From Halobellus rufus (GTDB lineage: Archaea > Halobacteriota > Halobacteria > Halobacteriales > Haloferacaceae), in NCBI RefSeq assembly GCF_000739575.1, contig NZ_BBJO01000013.1, positions 1 to 64,000 of the forward strand: a stretch of 64,000 nucleotides of DNA. The letters are read 5' to 3'. Positions 9,082-18,005 of the stretch are shown here, piece after piece. Within the stretch, counting starts at the first letter, position 1. Every line of letters begins with the position of its first letter. Position numbers and translations under genes: made by a program. The notes under the pieces are model-generated. The model worked only from the letters and a program-made list of their open reading frames with translations, searched no databases and was not told the DNA's origin.

Positions 9082-10995
9082 TCAGTCCAGGTTGACGGCC
9101 TCGTCCGTCTCCTCGCGTACGTCGCGGGTCTCCTCGACGGCGGTCGTCAGCGAGACGTTGAGCCCGAGCATCGAGCCGTAGCCGCCGATCACGGTGACGA
9201 TGTTCTTTACGGCGTGGTCGAGGACGGCGGCTCCGAGCGCCAGCTCCGGCCCCAGCGGCGTCAGCGCGACGACCAGTAGCGTGAACGCGCCCTCGTAGAG
9301 GCCGACGCCGCCGGGCGACAGCGGGAGCACCTTCGCGAGGTTGCCGACGCTGACGGCGAAGAAGCTCACCGCGACCAGTTCGACGACCGGCAGGCCGGGG
9401 GAGAACGCCGCGAGGACGAACAGCGCGGTCACGACGTCGAGCGTCCAGATGAGAACGCTCGTCGCGCCGACGCGGAGGAAGCCCTCTCGCGTCCCCGCCA
9501 CCGTCTGGAGGTCGCCGACGAAGCGACCGATGATCCCCGCGACGAAGTCCGCGTACGAGTCCGTGCTGATCCGGTGCATAAACGCCGTGACGAGGTCGCG
9601 ATCGCTCCGCGCGGAGAGACCGATGACGCCGACCGCGCCGAGGGCGGCGAGGCTGACGGCGATGGCGACGACGACGGCGACGCGGCCCGCGCCGTCGGAG
9701 CCGACGATGGTCTCCGCGAGTTGGGCCGTCTGTCCGGTCACCGTGTAGCCGATGAGGACGACGCCGGCCATCCCCGCGATGGTGAGCAGGTCGAAGACGC
9801 GCTCGGCCGCCAGCGACGCGAACCCGGAGGGGTACGGGATGTCCCGGCGGGCCTTGACCACGTACGCGCGGATCAGGTCGCCGGCGCGGGCCGGAAAGAC
9901 GAGGTTTCCGGTCTGGCTGATGAACACCGCGCCCGTCAGGAATCCGACGCGTTCGCGGAACCCGAGCGCCGAGAGGATGTCCCGGTAGCGGAGCCCGCGG
10001 AGCGGCCACGAGAGGACGTACACGAGGACTCCCGCGGCGACGAGGGTCGGGTCGGCCTCGCGCATCTCCGAGAGCACCGCCCCGAAGTCGATGTACTGCG
10101 TCATCAACACCAGCGCGAGAACCGCCAGGACGGCCCCGGCGACCATCCCGACGCGACGGGAGAGTCGCGGGCGAACGGACAGCTGCCACCACGTCCGGAG
10201 GATCTGACTGCCCATCCCGAGGACGTCCCGGACCAGGTCGACCTTCGTGTCGCCCTTCGGCGTCCAGTCGACGGGGAACTCCGCGACCTCGAACCCGCGC
10301 CGTTGGGCGCGGACGAGCATCTCGGTGTCCCAGAACCAGTGTTGGTCCTCGACGTCCTCGCGCAGGGCCTCGAACGCCTCGCGGCTGAACGCCTTGAACC
10401 CGCACTGGTGGTCCCTGATGTCCGATCGGAGGAACGTCCGCACGAGCCCGTTGTACGCGCGGCTCGGCACGCCGCGCTTGGCCGGCCGCTCGGCGACGTT
10501 CTCGGACATCCACCGCGAGCCCGTGGCGACGTCCGCCTCGCCGGAGCGGATCCGTTCGACGAGCTCTTCGAGGTGTCGCATATCGGTCGCCAAGTCCGTG
10601 TCGAAGTAGACGAGAACGTCCCCGCGGGCGGCCTCGAACGCCCGTTCGAGCGCGCCGCCGCGACCGAGACGCTCCTCGCTGTGGACGTGTCGCACGCGGT
10701 CGTCCTCGGCGGCCAGGCGGTCGGCGATCTCCGGCGTTCGGTCGTCGCAGCCGTCCTCGGCGACGATCACCTCGAACGTCCCGGGCTCTAGGAACGACGC
10801 GAGCGTCCGGAGCGTCGTCTCGACGGTCGACTCGATCGTCGCTTCCTCGTTGTACGCCGGGAGCACGACGCTGACCGCCGTCGGATCGCTCGACGGTCGT
10901 CCGTCACGCGTCGGTGACTCGAGATCGCGACGGTCCTCGCGCTCCGGGGACGTGTCGCCATCGGCTCGGTCACGAGGACCTGTCATTGGCTCCAT
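9082..10995 (-). CDS. aglD: GT2 glycosyltransferase (Dol-P-hexose synthase-like) fused to a C-terminal multi-TM domain; AglD-like
   Basis: N-terminal GT2 signature (VSVVLPAYNEE...VAEDGCDDRT...YFDTDL...DxD). The C-terminal approx. 330 aa are polytopic membrane (lysyl-PG-synthase/UPF0104-like). Architecture and neighbourhood recall Haloferax AglD (memory, unverified). Confidence 0.65.
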   Translation of the reverse strand: MEPMTGPRDRADGDTSPEREDRRDLESPTRDGRPSSDPTAVSVVLPAYNEEATIESTVETTLRTLASFLEPGTFEVIVAEDGCDDRTPEIADRLAAEDDRVRHVHSEERLGRGGALERAFEAARGDVLVYFDTDLATDMRHLEELVERIRSGEADVATGSRWMSENVAERPAKRGVPSRAYNGLVRTFLRSDIRDHQCGFKAFSREAFEALREDVEDQHWFWDTEMLVRAQRRGFEVAEFPVDWTPKGDTKVDLVRDVLGMGSQILRTWWQLSVRPRLSRRVGMVAGAVLAVLALVLMTQYIDFGAVLSEMREADPTLVAAGVLVYVLSWPLRGLRYRDILSALGFRERVGFLTGAVFISQTGNLVFPARAGDLIRAYVVKARRDIPYPSGFASLAAERVFDLLTIAGMAGVVLIGYTVTGQTAQLAETIVGSDGAGRVAVVVAIAVSLAALGAVGVIGLSARSDRDLVTAFMHRISTDSYADFVAGIIGRFVGDLQTVAGTREGFLRVGATSVLIWTLDVVTALFVLAAFSPGLPVVELVAVSFFAVSVGNLAKVLPLSPGGVGLYEGAFTLLVVALTPLGPELALGAAVLDHAVKNIVTVIGGYGSMLGLNVSLTTAVEETRDVREETDEAVNLD

Positions 10996-11212
10996 CTGGC
11001 GCTCCGTTGGCTATGAACTTTCTGTCTCGTTCCTTGAGATTTCCTCGCACGGCCGCAGTCGCTTCGCCACCCGTCGCCGCGTTAGGCGACCGTACCCGCA
11101 ACCGCGTTCGAGGTGGTAGATTTCTCGGGAGGTGGTCCCAAAACCGCAGTACTGCGCGGTGTTAACCTCCCGTACCAAACCGCTCTTAGGTGATTCTCCC
11201 GTGACTACAGAT

Positions 11213-11458
11213 ATGAGCGCGACCGCCTCGGCGACGACCACCACGAACCTCAGCGAGAAGCAGCGCCGGATCCTCCAGTACCTCCGAACCAACGTCGACG
11301 ACCGGACCTACTTCAAATCGCGACTGATCGCGGAGGACCTCGGCCTCTCTGCGAAGGAGGTCGGCGCGAATATGCGCGCGCTTCTCGACGGCGACATCGG
11401 CCTCAGCGTCGAGAAGTGGGGATACTCGTCGGGAACGACGTGGAAAGTGACCCGATAG
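11213..11458 (+). CDS. hypothetical small protein (possible winged-helix)
   Basis: 81 aa from the internal ATG (MSATASATTTTNLSEKQRRILQYLRTN...). Codon usage is GC3-rich like neighbours. No recognised domain. Confidence 0.35.
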   Translation: MSATASATTTTNLSEKQRRILQYLRTNVDDRTYFKSRLIAEDLGLSAKEVGANMRALLDGDIGLSVEKWGYSSGTTWKVTR

Positions 11459-11528
11459 CGTCACAGCCGAGTCGCGGGCGAAGCGAACAACGGCGTTATC
11501 AGTGGCGGCGCACAACGTTCGCGCGTCA

Positions 11529-12032
11529 ATGGACGATCTGACTCCGAGCGGACGTCGACGGTTCCTCGAGAGCGTGGGCGTCGGCGGCGCGGCCCTCCTC
11601 GCCGGCTGTACAGACCAACTCGACGTCGGCGACGGGGGCGGCGACGCCGACGAGCAGGTGACCGCGGATTCTGGAGACAACACGGCGAGCGTCGCGGCCA
11701 TCGTCGCGGTCGATCAGACCGCGCTGCAGGAGGAGCAGGCCGAGATCCAGAGCGAGTTCCAAAACGGGAACCTGACGCAGGAGGAGGCCCGCGAGGAGCT
11801 CTCGACGCTCCAGGATGAGTACCTCGGGGAGGCGATCACGAACCTCACCGGGACGGTCGAGGAGACGGAGGGCGTCTCCGTCGACGACACGTACCGCTCG
11901 CTTGGCGCGGTGACCGTCAGCGGGAACGCGGCGGCCGTGCTAGCGATCCTCGATGCCGACTCGGTGAGCGCGTTGGTCTCGAAGGCCGACCTCGACGCGC
12001 AGGTGCAGACGACGCAGGAATCGTCGAACTGA
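11529..12032 (+). CDS. Tat-secreted lipoprotein, hypothetical
   Basis: MDDLTPSGRRRFLESVGVGGAALLAGC: a twin-arginine motif plus a lipobox (LAGC). Acidic mature domain. Confidence 0.5.
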   Translation: MDDLTPSGRRRFLESVGVGGAALLAGCTDQLDVGDGGGDADEQVTADSGDNTASVAAIVAVDQTALQEEQAEIQSEFQNGNLTQEEAREELSTLQDEYLGEAITNLTGTVEETEGVSVDDTYRSLGAVTVSGNAAAVLAILDADSVSALVSKADLDAQVQTTQESSN

Positions 12033-12049
12033 AGCCTCGTTCGAGCAGT

Positions 12050-12062
12050 ACTGACTTTTTTC
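12050..12062. terminator. T6 tract between convergent genes (bidirectional terminator candidate)
   Basis: ctgacTTTTTTcagg between the lipoprotein gene end (12032, +) and the regulator gene end (12061, -). Confidence 0.3.
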
Positions 12063-12684
12063 AGGGGTCGTACCGGACCAGCGAGTCGGCGTCTGCGGCC
12101 AGCGAGACGGCCTCGGAGCCGAACGAGTCGGCGTACCTCACGACGAGCGTGAGCACCGTCTCCGGGCGCTCGACGGCGTACCCGTCGTCTCGCGAGAGGA
12201 GCCCCGCCTCGTCGAGTTCGCGGGCGTAGCCGCTGACGGTCGCTCGCGACACGTCCAGGCGGTCCGCGAGCGCCGACCCCGACGTCCCGGGCTCGCGGAG
12301 GAGTTCGATCAGCATCCCCCGCGGGGTGCGGCGGCGGAGGTAGCCGAGCGCGGTCTGTTCGAACGCCGAGAACCGCCCGGCCGGGAAGAACCGCTTGTAG
12401 TCGCCGTCGCGGGCGAACACCAGCACGCCGTCGTCGACGAGCCGGCCGAGGTGATGCTGCGTCTCGCCGGTTCCGAGGTTGAGGTCGTCGCGGACCTTCG
12501 AGAAGTGCGCGCCGGGGGTCGAGGTGACGTAGCCGACGATGGCGTCGCGGGCGTCGCTCGTCGTGTCGGCCTCGGCGGCGGCGCTCCCGCTCGCGCCGAG
12601 TCCGGCGAGCGGCGACGCCGCCCCCAGCGCCGCGAAGCGCCTGAGCGTCGCCCGCTTCTCCTCGTCGATTCTTCGATCCCCCAT
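12061..12684 (-). CDS. winged-helix transcriptional regulator (two wHTH-like segments) with Tat-signal-like N-terminus
   Basis: HTH-like segments (HFSKVRDDLNLGTGETQHHLGRLVDDGVL and SALADRLDVSRATVSGYARELDEAGLL). The N-terminus RRFAALGAASPLAGLGASGSAAA resembles a Tat leader. Confidence 0.5.
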   Translation of the reverse strand: MGDRRIDEEKRATLRRFAALGAASPLAGLGASGSAAAEADTTSDARDAIVGYVTSTPGAHFSKVRDDLNLGTGETQHHLGRLVDDGVLVFARDGDYKRFFPAGRFSAFEQTALGYLRRRTPRGMLIELLREPGTSGSALADRLDVSRATVSGYARELDEAGLLSRDDGYAVERPETVLTLVVRYADSFGSEAVSLAADADSLVRYDP

Positions 12685-12870
12685 CTGTTACGTTTCCGTA
12701 AACGGCTGATTCAGTCAAAAGCGCTTCGTTCGGGTCAGTTTCGGGAGGGTCGGCGCGGTGTGTCGAACGCGGGGAAAACAGGCTCCCGTCGGGTCCGTTC
12801 GGCCCTTCGGCCTCACTCCCCCGACGACTTCCCACTCGCTGACGCTCGTGGGAATCCCGCCGGATCCGTG

Positions 12871-14142
12871 CTACTCCTTCTCGGTTTCGACGGCGGGGTC
12901 GGCCTCCTCCGTCGCGGCGTCGTCCGTTCCGGCCTCGTCGCTTGCGACTTCCTCGCTCGCGTCCCCGACGGCCTCGCGCGGGGGAACGTCGCCGGTGGCG
13001 TCGCCGACGACCTCGTCGGGGTCCCTGATCGTCGATTCGTCGGCCGCGTCGGCCTCGGCGACGACCTCGTCGGCGCTCCTGATGTCGGTGCCGCCGCCCT
13101 GCTTGATCGCTTCCGCCTCCTGTTCGAGCTCTTCGACGTCCATCTCGGTGGCCGCGTCGATCTGCCCGAGGATCTCCTCGATGTCGTCGAGGCCGAGGAG
13201 CTCCCGCGTCTCCGCGTCGAAGTCGAGGCTGTCGAGCCCCGCGGACTCTTGGACGTCGGAGTCGGTCAGCTGCCGGCCGTAGCGACCGAGGAGGCTCGTG
13301 AGTTCCTGCGGAAGGACGAACGTCGTCGACTCGCCCTGTCCGATCGTCTCTAAGCTCTCCATCCCCTTCTCGATGATCGCGCGCTCGCCCATCGACTCGG
13401 CGGACTTCGCGCGCAGCACCGTCGAGATGGCGTCACCCTGCGCTTCGAGGATCTGGCTCTGCTTTTCGCCCTGCGCGCGGATGATGTTCGACTGCTTCTC
13501 ACCTTCGGCCTGCTCGACCGCGGAGCGGCGTTCCCCCTGCGCTTCGAGGATCATCGCACGGCGACGACGCTCCGCGGAGGTCTGCTGCTCCATCGCCTGC
13601 TGAACGTCCTGAGAGGGGTTGACCTCGCGGACCTCGACGCTCTCGACGCGGACGCCCCACTCGTCGGTCGGCTCGTCGAGTTCCCGGCGGATCCGCCCGT
13701 TGATCTCCTGACGCTTGTTGAGCGTGTCGTCGAGTTCCATGTCGCCGATGACGGCGCGCAGCGTGGTCTGTGCGAGGTTCGAGACGGCGCGCTTGTAGTC
13801 GTCGACTTCGAGGAAGGCCTTCTTCGCGTCCATCACCTTGATGTAGACGACCGCGTCGGCGGTCACCGGCGAGTTGTCGCGGGTGATCGCCTCCTGTCGC
13901 GGCACGTCGAGCGTCTGCGTCCGCATGTCGAAGGCGTACGTCCGCGAGACGAACGGCGGAATGAAGTTGATGCCCGGTTCCAGCAGCTTTCGGTACTCGC
14001 CGAAGACCGTCAGCGCCTTCTTCTCGTAGGCGTCGACGATCTCCACCATCTGATAGACGGTGACGATCGCGAGGAGGAGGACCAGTATCCCGATCGTCGG
14101 GATACCGATGCCCGCCTGTAGCGATATGGGACCAAGTGCCAT
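12871..14142 (-). CDS. SPFH/band-7 (stomatin/prohibitin-like) membrane protein
   Basis: N-terminal TM, SPFH core (VFGEYRKLLEPGINFIPPF...TRDNSPVTADAVVYIKV), then a coiled-coil with repeated AQGE(R/K) units and a long acidic tail. Confidence 0.85.
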   Translation of the reverse strand: MALGPISLQAGIGIPTIGILVLLLAIVTVYQMVEIVDAYEKKALTVFGEYRKLLEPGINFIPPFVSRTYAFDMRTQTLDVPRQEAITRDNSPVTADAVVYIKVMDAKKAFLEVDDYKRAVSNLAQTTLRAVIGDMELDDTLNKRQEINGRIRRELDEPTDEWGVRVESVEVREVNPSQDVQQAMEQQTSAERRRRAMILEAQGERRSAVEQAEGEKQSNIIRAQGEKQSQILEAQGDAISTVLRAKSAESMGERAIIEKGMESLETIGQGESTTFVLPQELTSLLGRYGRQLTDSDVQESAGLDSLDFDAETRELLGLDDIEEILGQIDAATEMDVEELEQEAEAIKQGGGTDIRSADEVVAEADAADESTIRDPDEVVGDATGDVPPREAVGDASEEVASDEAGTDDAATEEADPAVETEKE

Positions 14143-14282
14143 ATTCGGCCTTAGTGTGTCGCTCTCATAAGGGTTGGCCCCCTATATCGAAATAGCGTGG
14201 CGTGTGGCGCGGGACCCCCGTCAGCAATCGAGTGACAACGCCCTGCCTTCCTCGAATGCAGCTATCGGGGTCCGATGCCGAA

Positions 14283-14942
14283 TCACGCCCGTTCGGTCTC
14301 GGTCTCGACGTCCTCGTCGCCCTCGTCGTCGGCGAGAGCGGTATCCGTCTCGTCGTCGGTAGCGTCCGCCCCGGTGTCGTCGACCTCCCGATCGACGTCC
14401 TCGTCGACCCGCCCCCGCGCGAGTTCCCGGTCGATCTCGTCGTAGTTCGTCGACAGCGACTCCACGGTCACGACGTTGCCGCCGCCGGGATCGACGACGA
14501 CGACTTCGCTGCCGACCTCGATCTCGCCGTCGACGGAGCGGGCGGCGTAGAAGGGGTTGAACCCGCCCTCGTCGAGTTTGACTTCCCCCTCGGTCGGCGT
14601 GACGCGCTCGGTGACGCGCCCGGTCCGGCCGCGGAGGCTCGTCGAGTCGCTGGTCTGTCCGGATCCCTTCCCGCCGTAGAAGTCGAACTCGCGGTAGCCG
14701 TAGAGCGCGAGCGCGCCGAAGACGAGCACGAGGACGCCGAGCACGATCGGCGACGCGAGCGGGCCGAGGACGAGCCCGACGAGCCCCGCCGCGAGGAGCG
14801 CGATACCGAGCACGACGAAGTGCGCCCCAGGCGCGAAGGCTTCGAGGACGCTCAGTCCCAGCCCGGCGGCGACGAGCAGGAGCGGCAGCGTCTCCGGCGG
14901 GATCGAGAGCTGCAGGGCGACCGAGAGGGCTCCGTCGAACAT
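14283..14942 (-). CDS. NfeD-family membrane protein (SPFH partner)
   Basis: N-terminal TM helices plus a C-terminal OB-fold-like segment (GRTGRVTERVTPTEGEVKLDEGG...GSEVVVVD). Sits immediately downstream of the SPFH gene on the same strand. Confidence 0.7.
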   Translation of the reverse strand: MFDGALSVALQLSIPPETLPLLLVAAGLGLSVLEAFAPGAHFVVLGIALLAAGLVGLVLGPLASPIVLGVLVLVFGALALYGYREFDFYGGKGSGQTSDSTSLRGRTGRVTERVTPTEGEVKLDEGGFNPFYAARSVDGEIEVGSEVVVVDPGGGNVVTVESLSTNYDEIDRELARGRVDEDVDREVDDTGADATDDETDTALADDEGDEDVETETERA

Positions 14943-14966
14943 ACGCTGGCTAAGGCTGGCGGCGGA

Positions 14967-16739
14967 TTAAGCGTTGTCACGGTCTGGAGCCGAATCGGCC
15001 CCGTCCGCCGGTGCGGCGGTCGGCAGTTCCAGAAACACGCTCGTCCCGTCGTCGGAGCTCTCGAACGCGACAGCGCCCCCGAGGGCGTCGACACCCCAGG
15101 AGACGATCCAGAGCCCCAGTCCGCTCCCGTGTTCGAGCGCGGTCTCCCCGTCGCCGTCGAGGATGGCGAGTTCGTGTTCCGGGATCCCCGGCCCGTCATC
15201 TCGGACCGCGATAGTCAGAAAGCCGTCTTCTCCGTGGCCCTCTGCGCCAGTCTCCGGATCACGTCCGGGGCCGGCGAGCCGAATCGCGGCCGTCGGCGAC
15301 GCGGAGTCGTTGTGTTCGAGCGCGTTTTCGAGCACGTTCTCGAAGACGACGTCGAGAAGCGGGCGGTCCGCGCGGACGACGGCGGTCTCGGGGACGTCGA
15401 TGTCGACGCTCGCGTTCGGGTACGTCGACGAAAGCTCGTCCCGGATGTCCTCCACGAGCGGCCGGACCTCGACGGCCGCCGGTTCGGTGTCCGCTCTCCC
15501 GAGCGCCCCCTCGATCTGTCTCGCCTTCTCGCCGAGGGCGACGACGCCAGCCGTGTTCCTCGCTGCGGTCTGAATCATTTCCCTGACTTCGGGGTCTTCG
15601 ACCCTGTCTGCCGCGATGTCCAGATAGCCCTCCACGACGTTGAGGTCGTTGCGGAGGTTGTGCCGGAGCACCCGATTGAGCACGGCGAGTCGCTGCTCGC
15701 GCTGGCGCTCCTCGGTGATGTCCTGACAGACGATGGTGTCGCCGACGGCCGTTCCGGAGGCGTCAGTGAGCGGGGCCGTCGTGACCGCGTACGTCCGGTT
15801 TCGCCCGTCGAAGCGCCGCGACAACGTCTGCTTGCCGCCCGACGGATCGATCTCGGGGAAGAACTCCTCGAAGGGTCGTCCGAGCGCGTCGCCCGTGTCC
15901 GTGGCCGACAACCGAGCGGCCTCGTCGTTGAGTTCGATGATCCGACCGCCGCTGTCGACGATGACCACGGGCGATCCGAGGTTCTCGATGGCGGCGCGGT
16001 CGGCCGTTCGGCGCGCCGCCGGGACCATCTCGAACATCTCCCGCGAGAAGAAGGCGTACATGTCGAAGGCCAAGTGGATCGGAAACACCAGCGGCGTGAG
16101 GTTCAGCGGCGGCGTGGGACCGAGTTCCGCCAACCAGAGGAGGAACGGGAGCCCCGGGAAGATCGGCGAGACGGCGATCGCGGCGGCCTGCGATCGGTAC
16201 AGGGGACCGTAGCTGAACACCGTGTCGGCGAGGAGAAACGACCCGACGGCGATCATCAAGATGAACCCCGCGGCGTTCACGAACAGCCACGGCTGGTGGG
16301 CGTACACCACCGTCGCCGCGCCGAAGGTCGGATCGATCCGGTAGCCGCTCCACGCGACGTGGTGCAGCGAGTTCGTGAGGACGACGAGCGTGTGCAACGC
16401 CTGCAGGCCGACGACCGCCGCCATCGCCCTCGAGCGGAGGACCTTCTGCCGGCCGGTGTACTCCAGCGCGAAGGCGAGGAAGAAGACCCCGATGAAGTTG
16501 ATGCTGAACCAGATCGGTATCTCGAACAGTTCCCTGATACCCGGGTCGAACACGAAGAGGGCGACGCCGTACGACAGCGCCCACAGGGCCTCACACCCGA
16601 TCGTCGCGACGAAGAACCGGCCGCCCAGGCGATCGCGGTAGGGCCAGAGGTACCGCATAAATCCCAGCGAGATCAACCCCGAGAGCAGCGAACCGATCGC
16701 CATCCACGAGAACGAGAGCGAGGAGAACACCACCGTCAC
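14967..16739 (-). CDS. sensor histidine kinase with N-terminal 7TM domain and PAS domain
   Basis: About 230 aa polytopic N-terminus, then PAS (SPVVIVDSGGRIIELNDEAARL...), an H-box (LRHNLRNDLNVV) and HATPase_c G-boxes (VRDDGPGIP, GSGLGL). Confidence 0.8.
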   Translation of the reverse strand: MTVVFSSLSFSWMAIGSLLSGLISLGFMRYLWPYRDRLGGRFFVATIGCEALWALSYGVALFVFDPGIRELFEIPIWFSINFIGVFFLAFALEYTGRQKVLRSRAMAAVVGLQALHTLVVLTNSLHHVAWSGYRIDPTFGAATVVYAHQPWLFVNAAGFILMIAVGSFLLADTVFSYGPLYRSQAAAIAVSPIFPGLPFLLWLAELGPTPPLNLTPLVFPIHLAFDMYAFFSREMFEMVPAARRTADRAAIENLGSPVVIVDSGGRIIELNDEAARLSATDTGDALGRPFEEFFPEIDPSGGKQTLSRRFDGRNRTYAVTTAPLTDASGTAVGDTIVCQDITEERQREQRLAVLNRVLRHNLRNDLNVVEGYLDIAADRVEDPEVREMIQTAARNTAGVVALGEKARQIEGALGRADTEPAAVEVRPLVEDIRDELSSTYPNASVDIDVPETAVVRADRPLLDVVFENVLENALEHNDSASPTAAIRLAGPGRDPETGAEGHGEDGFLTIAVRDDGPGIPEHELAILDGDGETALEHGSGLGLWIVSWGVDALGGAVAFESSDDGTSVFLELPTAAPADGADSAPDRDNA

Positions 16740-16814
16740 GGGGGACGGACGTGACGAGTATAAAATTACGGAGACGTATTGGGGAGTGACGGGCGCGACG
16801 GCGCTCGCCCTCGG

Positions 16815-18005
16815 TCAGTTCCCGTCGCCCGCGACGGTCGCTTCGACGTCGATCGCACTCTCGCGAGTGAAGCGGACGTCCGTGTCGCCGGTCGTCAGCA
16901 GGGTCGCGCTCTCCCCGTCGGCGGGCACGCTGAAGACCGTCCAGACCTCGCGGCTCTCGCCGGGTTCGAACAGCCCGGCGCTCGGGAAGCCCGTGACCCC
17001 GTCGAGCGGCTGGTGGCCGTAGCGCTCGCCGGCGACGTCGAGCGCCAGCGAAGACTGATCGAGCTGCGTCGGGCTGTCGGCGGTGTTGGTGACGTTCATC
17101 CGGACGAGGAGGAGCCGCTCGCCCTCCGGCGCGTCGTACGTGGTGCCGTTGACCTCCAGCGAGGTGGTCGTCCGTGCGTTCCAACGGGCGTCGAGGGTCG
17201 CGTTCTCCCCCGCCGTCGACATCGCCGAGACCGCGAGGCCGTCGCCCCCGCCGCCGACGCCGAAGGGCGCACCGAGCCCCACTGCGGGCCCCATCGTGGC
17301 CCCGAGGACGAACGCGACGACGAGGACGACCGGGAGCATCAGCGCGGGGATCGAGCGGTTCGAGATCCCCCGGAGGCCCGCGAGCGGTCCGGACGGCAAC
17401 GGCAGCCGTGATCCGCCGTCACCCCCGTCCGGGGCGTCTCCGTTCGCCCGCCCGTCGCGTCCGGCGTCCCCACCCGGGCCAGTCTCGCTATCCCCGCCCC
17501 CGCCGCTCAGTTTCGCGCGGAGCGCCGCCACAGAGTCGTCGGCGTCGGCGGCGCGTTCGAGGAGCGAATCGGGCAGCGGCAGGCCGAGCACTTGGAGACG
17601 CGCCGCGACGCCCTCGATCGGACCCGTTTTCGTGTAGCGTGCGAGCACGTCCTCGAGCCCGCCGGCTTCGACCGTGTCTTCGAGCTTCGAGCGGTCGAGG
17701 AGGTGGACGCCCCGCTGGGCGGCCAGCTTCTTCGCCCCGTCGGCGAAGGCCCCCTGCGTCGCCACGACGGCGACGTCGATCCCGCGCTTGCGGCAGAAGC
17801 CGACGAACTGCTTGAGGTGCCGGTCGGTGACGGTCGCCGTCGCCGTCGGGAAGACGTAGATGACGCCGCGCTTGCCGTCTCCGCGCTTGCCGATCACGAA
17901 GTGGGTCTCGTCTGCGCGCTCGCGGACGGAGGTCTCCCAGCCGCGGGCGTCCCACAGGTCCGCGAGGAACGCGACGAACGCCGGCGGTTCCAGTTCCGGG
18001 ATCAC
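16815..18005 (-). CDS. membrane protein: cytoplasmic Mrr-cat-like restriction-endonuclease fold, one TM, extracellular DUF4352-like domain
   Basis: The N-terminal 125 aa follow the Mrr_cat pattern (FVAFLADLWDARGWE...HFVIGKR...VIYVF...GIDVAVVATQG) but without the canonical QCK lysine. TM (IPALMLPVVLVVAFVLGAT). C-terminal beta-rich domain. GTG start overlaps the upstream stop (GTGA). Confidence 0.5.
   Translation of the reverse strand: MIPELEPPAFVAFLADLWDARGWETSVRERADETHFVIGKRGDGKRGVIYVFPTATATVTDRHLKQFVGFCRKRGIDVAVVATQGAFADGAKKLAAQRGVHLLDRSKLEDTVEAGGLEDVLARYTKTGPIEGVAARLQVLGLPLPDSLLERAADADDSVAALRAKLSGGGGDSETGPGGDAGRDGRANGDAPDGGDGGSRLPLPSGPLAGLRGISNRSIPALMLPVVLVVAFVLGATMGPAVGLGAPFGVGGGGDGLAVSAMSTAGENATLDARWNARTTTSLEVNGTTYDAPEGERLLLVRMNVTNTADSPTQLDQSSLALDVAGERYGHQPLDGVTGFPSAGLFEPGESREVWTVFSVPADGESATLLTTGDTDVRFTRESAIDVEATVAGDGN

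Noticed and set aside
8960-10791. Two long Arg-rich ORFs (8960..10513 -, 9574..10791 +) overlapping the GT2/AglD-like gene
   Set aside because: Alternative-frame artefacts. The real gene (9082..10995 -) has clear GT2 motifs and TM helices.
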